NCBI GenBank assembly: GCA_002256025.1
Contig: NKIB01012837.1
Coordinates: 1-64,000, forward strand
Direction: 5' to 3'
DNA from: Asterionella formosa
Lineage: Eukaryota
Length of the DNA stretch: 64,000 nt
Below, in pieces: positions 1 through 10,932 of this stretch. Each line of letters opens with the position of its first letter. Positions within the stretch are counted from its first letter, which is position 1. Position numbers and translations under genes: made by a program. Under the pieces are notes generated by a model. It was not told the DNA's origin, searched no databases, and saw only the letters and a program-made list of their open reading frames with translations.

Positions 1-1935
1 GCCATTGAGGCTGTAACGACGGCCAGACATCAAGTCACTGACCACAACCGTTTCGCCTCGCCACACGCGAATAATCTTCGGCATCACAATTTGCCAGATT
101 GTTGTGAATGTAATCCCCATAAACAAAATTATGGAAAGGAATGCTGTAACATTTGGGCTTGTGGTGTCATCGTCAGTAATGAATATCAAAGACAGGACAA
201 TAAACGCGATGAACGCATTGACGCTTGCCGCACTAAAAATCTTGTCCTTTTCATTGAATAAGCTAGGTAGGTCTCTTGTCAACCAAGCAACATACGTTGA
301 GACAAGAAACATAAAACCCAGGAATATTACGCTCGAGAACTCGATCCATCGAGAACGATGGACACATACAACTTTTCCGACCCTTTCATCGTCTGACAGG
401 ACAACTCCAATTTCTCCAGGGCTAATGATTGGTGCAAGCATTTGAAGCATCAGCTGCGGAAGACTCAAGACAAATATCAAGCGAGACAGGTCCCACTCCG
501 TAATCTTCTCCCGCAATGTTGATTTTTTGGGAGAAGGAACTTTGCCTTTGAAAATTACGTGGAAGTTGGCCAACATTCCGAAAAAAGCCATGATTTGTTT
601 CCCAGAAAACCTTGTTGCCTTTTTGCTCCTTCCCATATCCATGGCAACAGTCAATGTTGAGTATATTCTCCACAGTCTACCAATCATGACGCAAGACATG
701 ACAGTGACTGGATAAATGACAAGAATTCCTGAAAGATTGCAAAACATCGCTCGTATTGGCATGAATGAGAACAAGGAAGCTGAGCTAATAATTGCACACA
801 TCAACAACAAGGCAAGAAAATTCCCTTGCGCGATCTTCATAACGGAATGGTTTCGGTGATGTATGACATATGCCAAGAGAGCTGTAAGTATTAAAGCAGT
901 AACAATACTAAACCCCACCACGAACCACTTGAACGAGTCTGTAATGGTCAAAATGTCCGGCGCCACCCGAAACTGTACAACTCGTTCATAAGGTGCATCT
1001 GCAATGTCGATGCGCATCAAATCGCTCTGTCCAGTTCGATTTGTTTCAATAAAGAGAACAGCATGTACTAGGAAAACAAATGTTGATGAAATGTCCAACG
1101 GCACTGTGAACCCAATGTCCGCTGCAGCATAGTAGCTGTTTTGCGTCTTTTGTTGTAGTGGACATCGAATGTATCTGGTCATGCGACGCGATCCTTGGAG
1201 GCTTGGAGATAGCATGAAAGTGTTGAAATAGGCAAATTCGTCTATTTGTCCACTCGCGGGGTCAATGATGGGGGTATCGGCAAAGTCTGTCCCATTGTCT
1301 GTCCCGATAAACGGGTAACAAAATCCCGAGTAGGAGTTCTCACAAAGAATAAGGCGTAGAAAAACAGCACTACTTGAATTGCCTGCAGCTGTAAGAGTTG
1401 AGGGACTGGAAGATCCATTCCCACTGATCAACGTTGTGTCCAACGCTAAATCCACTTGCAGCGAATAGTTCGCACCCGTGTAATAGGATGCTTGCTGGCT
1501 CTCCTTGTCTATTTGCGTGATATTCAACTTGACTCCTTCGTAGCATGAGGCGCGGATATTGACGTTACTGCTGTTGGCTTGGTACAACCAAGCATCATAT
1601 GCATGGAATCGTGCATTTTGTTCTACAGTGGCGGAACTGTTGGAACCAATGTCAAGCGCAACTACTGTTGAATTCACGACCGTCCAATCAACTGTGGAAT
1701 CCCAACAGGTGGGTTCAGTCCCACCGACTTCATAGCCATTGTCCGAAGTGAAAGGATGCAAACTGGCTTCCACTGATGGCAACGTAAGTGCAAGCACAAA
1801 AACTAAGTTCAGGATTCGCTTCGATCGTTGTGAACAACAATTCCTTGATTCCGAAGCATTCCTTGCTGACATACTCGCACGCGACTGTCTGCTGGTGGCC
1901 TCTCCTGCTGTGTCGACACAATATCTCCAATTCAT
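1..1935 (-). CDS. Class C (7tm_3, GABA-B-like) G-protein-coupled receptor-like protein, 3' end runs off the window
   Basis: ATG at 1935, and the segments I translated are in one frame running toward position 1 (absent from the ORF track, consistent with no stop in the window). It has an N-terminal hydrophobic stretch (ILNLVFVLALTLPSVEA) and a long extracellular region. TM segments carry 7tm_3-like motifs HRNHSVMKIAQGNFL, GRLWRIY and AWLTRDLPSLFNEKDKI. Confidence 0.75.
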   Translation of the reverse strand, partial: MNWRYCVDTAGEATSRQSRASMSARNASESRNCCSQRSKRILNLVFVLALTLPSVEASLHPFTSDNGYEVGGTEPTCWDSTVDWTVVNSTVVALDIGSNSSATVEQNARFHAYDAWLYQANSSNVNIRASCYEGVKLNITQIDKESQQASYYTGANYSLQVDLALDTTLISGNGSSSPSTLTAAGNSSSAVFLRLILCENSYSGFCYPFIGTDNGTDFADTPIIDPASGQIDEFAYFNTFMLSPSLQGSRRMTRYIRCPLQQKTQNSYYAAADIGFTVPLDISSTFVFLVHAVLFIETNRTGQSDLMRIDIADAPYERVVQFRVAPDILTITDSFKWFVVGFSIVTALILTALLAYVIHHRNHSVMKIAQGNFLALLLMCAIISSASLFSFMPIRAMFCNLSGILVIYPVTVMSCVMIGRLWRIYSTLTVAMDMGRSKKATRFSGKQIMAFFGMLANFHVIFKGKVPSPKKSTLREKITEWDLSRLIFVLSLPQLMLQMLAPIISPGEIGVVLSDDERVGKVVCVHRSRWIEFSSVIFLGFMFLVSTYVAWLTRDLPSLFNEKDKIFSAASVNAFIAFIVLSLIFITDDDTTSPNVTAFLSIILFMGITFTTIWQIVMPKIIRVWRGETVVVSDLMSGRRYSLNG

Positions 1936-2488
1936 TTTGTATAGTTTCACATTGCTATAAAAGATGATGTATTTACAAGAAGCTCAAGAAGGAGTGCAAA
2001 CATCAACTAAATGGCCTATCATCTTTCAAGATTCCTGCATACAAAAATTAAAATATTGCTTATTAGGGTTGCTGAAATTACCTGGAACTAAGAATTTTTA
2101 TGAGTTAGTAAATTTTGAATGACGTGAGCATTCCATTTGAAATATTTAAAATCACCACTGGAAATTTGCGCTTAGGTGCGTACATAGATTCCTGTCCGAA
2201 TTTTGTTACAATCCTCGCTGAACGCCATGACATGATGCAGATCAGTGCAATCAAATGAATGTTAAAAAGTAACTCATGTTGACCAATCATATATTTTATA
2301 CCGGTATCTGGAAGTGGGCACTTATGTACAATGAAATTTGTTGGACAGGATATATTAGGACTAAAAGTTCTGACACATGACTACCAGCAGTACTTACTAT
2401 TCTGATAATGATGTTTTGGCTCATAGTGTAGAAAAGGCCGATTTTGTCGAATTTTTGGATGAGGACAATAGCTCAATGTCGGCTTGGT

Positions 2489-2677
2489 CTGACGGCGATT
2501 TCAATACATAGGTAACCTTCAAACAGCATCAGTATATTTCTTCCGGCAAGAAAGTGCAGAAAGGAACTTCGGTTTTTTACTATGCCATACTATAAACAGA
2601 TTTCCACCAAATTTTCTAGTCTTTATAGCAAAATAAAAAAGCCGAAGTTACTTTCTGCTCTTTCTTGCTATATCCTA
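2489..2677. repeat. Dispersed repeat family A, copy 1, with internal inverted repeat (arms about 2546-2578 and 2635-2668)
   Basis: Arm gcaagaaagtgcagaaaggaacttcggtttttt pairs with aaaaaagccgaagttactttctgctctttcttgc. The whole segment aligns by eye, in reverse orientation, with 19901-20087. Confidence 0.8.
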
Positions 2678-2956
2678 TATCCTGATGATATATAGAGTGG
2701 ACCTACTTTCACAGAAGACTGTATGTAAGTATATGGAAAGGGTGTCTCTTGGTGAAAGCTCTGTTGAGCCTAATAACATATCTATTTTAAATTGTGAGAA
2801 TAACTTGTCTGATTAGTCTGACTCAAATATATATTTTTAGGGGTTCAAATGCAAGGGGTTCAAATGCAGGAACCTTAAAAGTGATAGCTAAAATGCTATG
2901 ATGTAAGCAAAGCAGGGGGTTTCCTGATGTAATTTGAATACAATACAGTATAAATT

Positions 2957-3143
2957 GGGCTCTTTCTGGCTCATTAGGCTGATTTCAGTATCTCTTTGAG
3001 GCTCCATATGAAAACCTTTTTGTTACTTTCCTTTAACTTTAGATACATAATTGGATAGCATTCTTTCTTTTGAATAAAAGGGCTTCCATAATGCATGTTA
3101 AAGACAAAGAATTGGAATCGAATTACTACTATTTAGTGATGTG
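2957..3143. repeat. Dispersed repeat family B, copy 1
   Basis: The reverse complement aligns with 36286-36490. Shared blocks: actgaaatcagcctaatgagcc, atgtatctaXagttaaagga, agccctttta, ttccaatt..tttgtctttaac. Confidence 0.8.
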
Positions 3144-3385
3144 ATCTGCTGAACTGGCATTCTTTCAAGTTGATGACCATTTGCAATGTTCACATAATGA
3201 TTTCGGACCCACAGTGATGGGTGAAAGTATTTTTTTTTAAATATATAGAAATGTATTGGGACTCTACCAGTTTGTATATTATGGTCAGGAGTGCTGGCAC
3301 GTCATAAACTATCAACAATGTGTTCAAAATCTGCCGAAAATTGATGTGAATGCATAATATTCACACATTTGCTTACTCATTATAT

Positions 3386-6300
3386 CTATGCAATTGAACC
3401 CTTCATAACTACCCCAGTACCTTCGACCAGAACACCCAAGTCATAGACAACATCTGCACCAGATGCCTTCAGGACATCTTTAACAGCTTGCACATCTTCG
3501 CTAGAAACAATCAGGACCATACCAATGCCACAATTAAAAGTTCGCAACATTTCAGTATCGTCTAAGCCACTGGCGCTTTTCATCCACTTGAACACGGCAG
3601 GCAAAGGGGGGTGGCCAGTGATAATTGCTCCCACGTTGCTGGGAAGACTTCTCGGCAAATTCTCCAGGAGACCTCCTCCAGTGATGTGGGCCATTCCCTT
3701 GACGAGATTCTTCTTAAGTAGAGGCAAACACATTTTAACATAGATTTTCGTAGGTGTCAAAAGGTTGTCAGCGATTGTTTCGACTGAGCTGTCCCATGGG
3801 CAGGGGCTTTCATAAGTCAAGCCTTCTTTTTCTATCAATTTTCTAACCAAACTGAAACCATTGCTATGAATGCCACTACTTGGAAGACCCAGAAGGGAGT
3901 CCCCAATGCATACTCCCTGCGGAAGGATACGGTCGCGGTGGACAGCACCCACACTGAAGCCGGCAAGGTCATAATCACCTGGTGCGTACATAGACGGCAT
4001 CTCCGCAGTTTCTCCACCAATCAGACCACAGCCTGCTAGCTTGCAGCCTTCCGCGATTCCTCGAACGACTGCCGCCGCTTCGTCGACATTAAGGTGACCC
4101 GTAGCATAGTAGTCTAAGAAGAAAAGAGGCTCCCCACCGGCAACAATAAGGTCATTGACGCACATGGCAACCAAATCAATACCCACAAATTCATTCTTCC
4201 CTGTCGTTTGTGCTATTCTCAGCTTTGTTCCGACTCCATCGGTAGCACCAATCAATACAGTGTCAGCACCATTATATCCGGCAGCAGCAAGATCGAAAAG
4301 TCCACCAAAGCCCCCAAGATCAGCATCACATCCTGGTCGTCGAGTAGATTTGCAAGCTGGCTTAATCATATCAACAAGATGATTGCCAGCATCAATGTCA
4401 ACACCGGCATCGGCGTAGCTGATAACTTCTTCTTTGGTGGCCTTATCAATGGCTTCGATGAATGCAATTCCCTCTAGCAGCTGAATTTTAGCTTTCAGGG
4501 TTTCGGCTGTATCGTCCTTCTCCACTTTTACAACCTTTTGAACGATAATGGGACCCCCATCAACAACATCAGTGACTTCGTGAATTGTACATCCTGACTC
4601 GCCTTCACCAGCATCAATAACGGCCTGATGAACCGCAAGGTCCATACCGCCAGCATGCTTCGGCAAGAGGGATGGATGGACATTTAAACAGCGGCCACTC
4701 CAAAAGTCAGTAAAACCCTTCGAAAGGATTCGCATATAGCCAATCAGAAGTACCAAGTCAACACCCGCGCTCAGAAGGATAGAAGTGCATTCTGCATCGT
4801 ACTCTTCTCGGGAGAGTCCCTTGGACGAAACAAACTGTGTTGTAACAGTCACACCCAAGGCACGTCCCTTTTCAAGAATTGGAGCAGCAGACTTGTTACT
4901 GATAACAGAGACGATTTCGGCATGCAACCCGCCGGAGTGACAAGCTTCAATTACAGGGATGAGAGCACTTCCTCTAGTACTCCCAAGGACTCCAATGCGC
5001 AGCTTTTTTTCGGTCGCCTTCTTTCCTATATCACTTCTTGAGTGCATTAGCGATTCTCCAGAGGGTCCCAAAAAATCCAACTTGCCTACTCCCTGGTAGG
5101 ACCGATGCAACGCAGTTTTCAAGTCCTGGCCAATACCAGTAACAGCGAGCACACGTCCTCCAGAACAACGTAGGACACCTTGATCATCATGCGTAGTCCC
5201 TGCATGATAAACCTTGACATTATTGATTGCGTTTGCAACGTTGACACCCTCAATTGCCATACCCTTGGGGTATGCCTCCGGATACCCTTGTGCTGAACAC
5301 ACAACAGTAGCTGCCGAAGTATTTTCTTTGAAGCGCACATCAACATCTTGAAGAGTACCATCGCAGCATGCAGTCAATACTTCGTACAAATCCGTTTCCA
5401 GAAGGGGCAAGACAACTTGTGTCTCAGGATCCCCGAATCTGCAGTTGTATTCCAGCATCATGGGGCCATTCGGTGTAAGCATCATGCCAGCATACAAGCA
5501 ACCAACATATGGAGTTCCTCGTTCTGCCATCTTCTCCACTGTCAAGATGCACATGGCCTCGATTTCTTTTTGCAACGCTGGTGTGACACAAGGGGCAGGC
5601 GCATATGCACCCATGCCTCCCGTATTGAGTCCCTGGTCATTGTCCAGAGCGCGTTTGTGATCTTGGGCTGCTGGCATCAATACAGCTGTCTTTCCATCAC
5701 AAAATGCAAGGCAAGACGCTTCTGGTCCAGTCAAAAAAGATTCAATGACACAAACATCCCCTGCTGTACCAAACGCCTTTTCGGACATAATTTCCTTGAC
5801 AGCAGCAATTGTTTCATCCTTCGTTGTAGGGAGCAGCACTCCCTTTCCTGCGGCAAGTCCGGACGCTTTCACAACTTGGCGGTCGCTCTCATCAAGGGAC
5901 TCAACATAGGCAATGGCTTCCGCAATGTTTGTAAAATTTTTATATTTTGCAGTTGGAATGCCATGTGTATTGAGAAAGTCCTTAGTGAAGGCCTGCAAAA
6001 ATGAGAAAAAGAAAACGTATTTGGGTCAATTGGCAAGTCCTCCATACATTTGCACCAATGTTGTTGCATCACCACAACGAATCGTTCTAATCCTCTCAAT
6101 ATCATACCTTGCTCGCTTCAAGTTCTGCTGCCGCCTTGGTCGGTCCAAAAACTTTGACATGTGGACACTTGATAGCCAATTCATCAACAAGTCCATCCAC
6201 CAACGGTCCCTCAGGTCCAACCACAACCATGTGTGCAGCAAGTGTCATTGTCAAGGCCACAACAGTAGCATTATCTTGACCTCCCGGCGCATTCGAAATT

Positions 6301-7073
6301 TTACCTCCTTCCATAGCTGTCCCACCATTCCCAGGACAGCAAATAACGTTTGCCACTAATGGCGACTTGGCCAAGGCAACAGCAAGAGCATGTTCGCGAC
6401 CGCCAGATCCAACGACAATAACAACGTCACGACGTTGTCCACATAGTTGAGTTGCGACCCATTGATCTAGCTGTCCCAGAGCAGCTAACGAAGCGGCACA
6501 TAGATTCGACTGCAAATAAACGTCTCCAGTCATTGCGGCGATAATGTTATCTTGAGTACCTCCACAAAAGGAGTCGGTAGTTGGGTCGTAGACCACCACA
6601 ACGGTAGTGTGTGCATCATTCAACAACGTCGATCGCACAATGGAGGCTTCGGCGTTGGCTGCAATGAATTCCGTGACGGACGACGGCTTACAGTAGACCA
6701 AGAGGTTTTTGCCATTGATAGTAGTAGTTGCAGTTGATGCGCTATCGTTACTACTCTGAAGGAAGATTCTGAAGGGGGGTTTCTGCAAGGCCCATTGAAC
6801 ATTTTGGGATCGTTTGGGGGTGATTGTCTGCACTCCAATCTCACGCACGGCCTTGGTCAATAACTCCAGGAGCTTTGATGGAGTAAGAGCAATTGTATTG
6901 GTTAGATTTAGAACTAGTTTTAGAATTAGATTTAGAATTCTCCATGTTTGTATTAGTAGGTCGACACGAAAGTATTGTGTGCTACCCTATGTTACTGCAA
7001 TCGAACTTAACCACTAACTTACCTCGTTGGGAACCCTTCCTCCAAATCCCAACACGGTTGCGACACTCATCAT
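3386..7073 (-). CDS. GART: Trifunctional purine biosynthesis protein, domain order N-terminal extension-GARS(PurD)-GART(PurN)-AIRS(PurM), about 1140 aa
   Basis: Exons 7073-7023 (first exon tentative), 6872-6108 and 5992-3386, joined by GT-AG introns. The second splice restores ELEASK|AFTKDF. GARS motifs: VGSGGREHALA, KASGLAAGKGV, QDHKR, NTGGMGAY, EYNCRFGDPE. PurN motifs: NVHPSLLP, GCTIH..VDGGPI. PurM motifs: YADAGVD, TDGVGTK, GGETAEMP, HITGGG, TFNCGIG. Confidence 0.95.
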
Positions 7074-7893
7074 ATGCAATTGCTACTATATCTTTTGTTT
7101 TAACAATGAACGCAAGCTTCTTTACCTGCTGTAATGTCTGTAACACCCTGCCGCTACTGACAAGCAAGAGAAAAGGAGCGATTGTATATACGTCTACCTT
7201 ATGTCTTTTTCAAGATCATGGACTGAAAAACAAATGTTTTGTTGATGGGATATGGTACCAGGTACCTGGTACCGGTAATACTGGTTGGAGTAATAATACC
7301 TGTTGTAGACCAAACATCATGATGGCATACCGGTACTCCTGTGATAAAAGTACTGGTATGGTACCAGTAACAGTATACCAGGTATCAGGGCATGCTGCTG
7401 TACTGTATGATGTGTGAGGATGACCGATGAATGGATACCCTTCGCGCATGACGCACGATTTCTACTCTTGTCCGACTTCCGTCGCCTATTATACCGGTAC
7501 TTACTACCGATATATGATATAGTGGTATATACTGGTAGGATGCTTGTGATGCCAAATGAAAGGATTACACGTGGAGGAATGATCTGCTCCACGACAACAC
7601 GGTATATATATACCACGGTGCAAAGCACAGCATGATATACTGATAATTGTCTCTCATTCGCTCTTGTATGGCATTTTTGTGTCCACATCACCATGTCATG
7701 CATCGCGACGATCCGAAAAACGTCAGTGTGCGTAGTACTTGTAACTTTTGGAATTTGATTGTGATATCTCATACACGTTTGATTCAAGAAAGCTATTACC
7801 AACATGCGAGCTTTTAACTACAGAATGCAATGCAGTTTACCAATCAATAGCAAAAAGGCATCACGACAATCATCTTTTTTTCATGTCAGTTTG

Positions 7894-8661
7894 ATGCGAT
7901 ACACCGTTTTGATGATGATGACACAAAAACATCATCATATGGTTCGTTCCATTGACATTGATTCATATATTCGTGATGAACTGGGTTTGGATCTAGAGTC
8001 CATGTCGGAACGCGAATTGGAACAAGTTTGCGAGGATCGAGGGTATGAAATGGTAAAGGACGAGATTGATGAAGATACTGGAAAGCTCTTGATTTCTAGT
8101 CACGATGACTATGTAGACGCTGCCAAACAGTGCCTCAGCATTCAATGGTTCACGTGAGTAACAAACAACACAAAAAGACATGAAAAAATCAATAGAGTGA
8201 AGTGAATCGCATCCAAAAAGTTACATGTGCTTGCCCTTCTGACACCAAGTTATTCGTCTCTTGTTATGTTTACTATTTTCTCTACTCACAGTGATAGTGA
8301 ACTCGCTAACTCTCGAGCCATGGAGGATGAACTTCGAATAAAGCTGGAAGATACTATGCGAGAGAACCAAAGGCTTCAACAAGAATTGGCCGCGGTTATA
8401 GAAAATCGTGACGGGGGTATTCTTGCAGCAAGGAGAAAGAAACTGATGAAACAAGTAGCGGCGACATGGGATTCATTTGTCCGAATTCTACCAGAACCTC
8501 TTCAAGAGTTGTCCCAGAAAGGAGTGATGTTAATTCGACTAAAGGAGACACTGCAATTAGTACAGCAAATGACTATAAGGTATGGAAATGCTATTGTTGG
8601 AAATATGTTTCTACCAATTACCAACCAGAATCACTCCAACACAACTGTTTCGGAGCTATAA
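7894..8661 (+). CDS. Hypothetical protein, tandem paralogue of 9248-10299 (start uncertain)
   Basis: Exons about 7894-8153 and 8292-8661 with a phase-2 intron (gtgagt...cacag). It shares a ~60-aa domain (ELGLDLESMSERELEQVC..GYEMVKDE.D..TG....SHDDYVDAAKQCLSI) with the neighbouring gene, followed by a coiled-coil-like segment. Confidence 0.65.
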
Positions 8662-9247
8662 ACCTGCTTTGATTGCTTTCTATGTCCACAATTCTGGAAA
8701 GGCCAATAAGATAATTACAAAAGTTATTTGCTACAGCTCATCACTCTCTATATTGTACACATACATACATGCACAGAACTGGTCACTACATTTCAAATGT
8801 ACAATTTTAGTGTTCACATACCGGTACATATTACGTATAATAATATGTTATATATTCGTCACTATTATTTTTGCTGTTCTCCCTACCGGTACGATAGCTA
8901 CAGTACATGTGAATGTGTGTCCTCCACTTGGCACTTTCAAAATCAAACAATTAAATCCTCATGTCGCATCACTTTTTCATTGCGATCCCATGTTGTATAC
9001 TTCCCATGTATCATTACTGGGTATGAATATTTTGTTAAAAACAATTCTCTCAGGTACACATTGATGATTTGTTTATCATTCAGTTATTTTCATAGACTTC
9101 ACTGAAATCGTCACATCATCATTGTATCCTTACCATCTCGTCGAGCACAGTACTGTTACCAACAGTGGCAACCAGTAATTCGATACTTTCTGACACAATT
9201 ACTCGTAACATAAGGTAGATACAGATCGATACAGCATTCTAAACAAA

Positions 9248-10299
9248 ATGGTTGCCTGCCTCGTGGTTCGACAATTCGTCATTCTGCTATTGGCAGTATT
9301 AGCACTCGTCGGCAAAGCACAAACAACATCCAAAGGGCTAGATAATGAGTTTGGAATGGACCTCCATAACATGACGGAATCGGAATTGGAAAAAATCTGT
9401 ACTGATCTGGGATTTGCTCTTCAAAAAGATATTGTGGACGATGCGACGGGAGAAGTTATTGTCTTTTCTCATGGCGACTACGTAGAAGCTGCTCGTCAAT
9501 GTCTGAGTATTGAAAAGGAACTGTAAGTGCTTTTGGTAGAGGTGGATGTTATTTTTAAAGCCTTGTTGGAATATTTAAAATGTCAAACACTTGGAATTGA
9601 AAGACTTGGCAACATTATAAGTGGCTGGTTTTCATTATTCAATGACACGCTCACATTTTTGGTTCTGTCTCCCCCCTCCCATACAGTGAAGACGTGTTGG
9701 CCGAGCACCCTGAGATTCTTGAAGAACTGGAGGCGGAACGCACTCGAATGATGCAGGAGAAAGAACGTCTTGAACATGATTTGGAGAACACCAAACAGAA
9801 ACAAAATGCTACCGCACGCGACCAGCCTTTATCGGCTGCATTTATTTCAGATCAAAAGGAGGTCGAGGGAAAGAAGGCATCTGCAAAAGTGGAAACGGAA
9901 CTGAGTACAAGTAGTGAGGAGAAAAGAAGCAATCTCAGAGGTAATGATATTCCTGAGGAAAGAAACGTATCTACGCCATCACAAGAGCATCATGAGTTGA
10001 CTGAACAACGTAAATCCCCACAAACACTATTGGAAGTTCTCGACGAATTGTTTTTGGGACCTTTACCCCCACCAGTGAAAGAAATTGTGCACCAAGTCTT
10101 GGCAAAAATCAAGCAAGACTTGACCGTAGTTTTGTCATTGGTCAATCGTCACGTGATGCCACTGATTGGGCAGCTAGTGAAAGCCATTCGGTCCCTTATG
10201 AATGGGGAGAACAGCAAAGAAAATTCTGCGGCCCCCATACCGGTTCAAGAACAGAACCTATCTGAGGAACAAGCGGACGATGCTACAACAGTTGCATAG
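9248..10299 (+). CDS. Secreted/ER hypothetical protein, about 295 aa, tandem paralogue of 7894-8661
   Basis: Signal peptide MVACLVVRQFVILLLAVLALVGKA. Exons 9248-9522 and 9687-10299 with a phase-2 intron (gtaagt...tacag). Domain EFGMDLHNMTESELEKIC..GFALQKD..D..TGE...SHGDYVEAARQCLSI, then a coiled coil. Confidence 0.8.
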
Positions 10300-10497
10300 A
10301 AAATGATAGCTGTGTGAATGAAACGCCATATATATATACATAGGATAACTTGAAATTCTGGATGTTGCTTGTTAACAATCTGACGTCTACTGCAAACAAA
10401 GTCGGTGCAAAACACTAAAGGCAAAAACGTAAATTTACCATCTATTATTTCATATGGTTGGATCTTCAAAGAACTGAATGCAAACATAGTTGTATAA

Positions 10498-10932
10498 CTA
10501 TGCCGCCTTCTTTCCAGTCCAGAGTCCCTTAATGCAACCCTTGATACCACCCTTGTCATTCAGTGCAATCTTGCCAAGCCCCAGCAGAGTGAGGGTTCCG
10601 ATTCCGAAATTGAGAACTCTAGCAGGTCCGAGAAGAGCTTTGGAGAGCTTGGGGACATAATCTGACGCCACGTAATTCAATCCAATCCATGAATGAGCCG
10701 ATATAGTAACAGCCACAACACCACCAAAGATTCTCCCAGATATGCCATCTGTGTAGGAATCTGGCAAAGCCATTATGAGCGGAGCAGCACCAAGGAGGAA
10801 GATCGTCATACTATGATGAATGTGAGTTCCTAGACTACCAGTGTCTCCTTCAAGAGGAGACACGGAGAAGGAACGCTTTGGTGAACGTTGGGCAACGAGC
10901 CTAGACGACGACGAGAGCAATCGGAGTGCCAT
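10498..10932 (-). CDS. SDH4: Succinate dehydrogenase cytochrome b small subunit (CybS)
   Basis: Arg/Ser-rich mitochondrial presequence, three hydrophobic helices and the CybS motif HSWIGLNYVASDYVPK. Confidence 0.85.
   Translation of the reverse strand: MALRLLSSSSRLVAQRSPKRSFSVSPLEGDTGSLGTHIHHSMTIFLLGAAPLIMALPDSYTDGISGRIFGGVVAVTISAHSWIGLNYVASDYVPKLSKALLGPARVLNFGIGTLTLLGLGKIALNDKGGIKGCIKGLWTGKKAA

Noticed and set aside
104..715. Plus-strand ORFs of 113 and 62 aa and a short minus-strand ORF
   Set aside because: Shadow or alternate frames of the minus-strand GPCR-like CDS.
7250..7400. GGTACC-rich clusters as a CRISPR-like or satellite array
   Set aside because: No constant repeat with unique spacers and no cas genes. 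Treated instead as palindrome-motif clusters.
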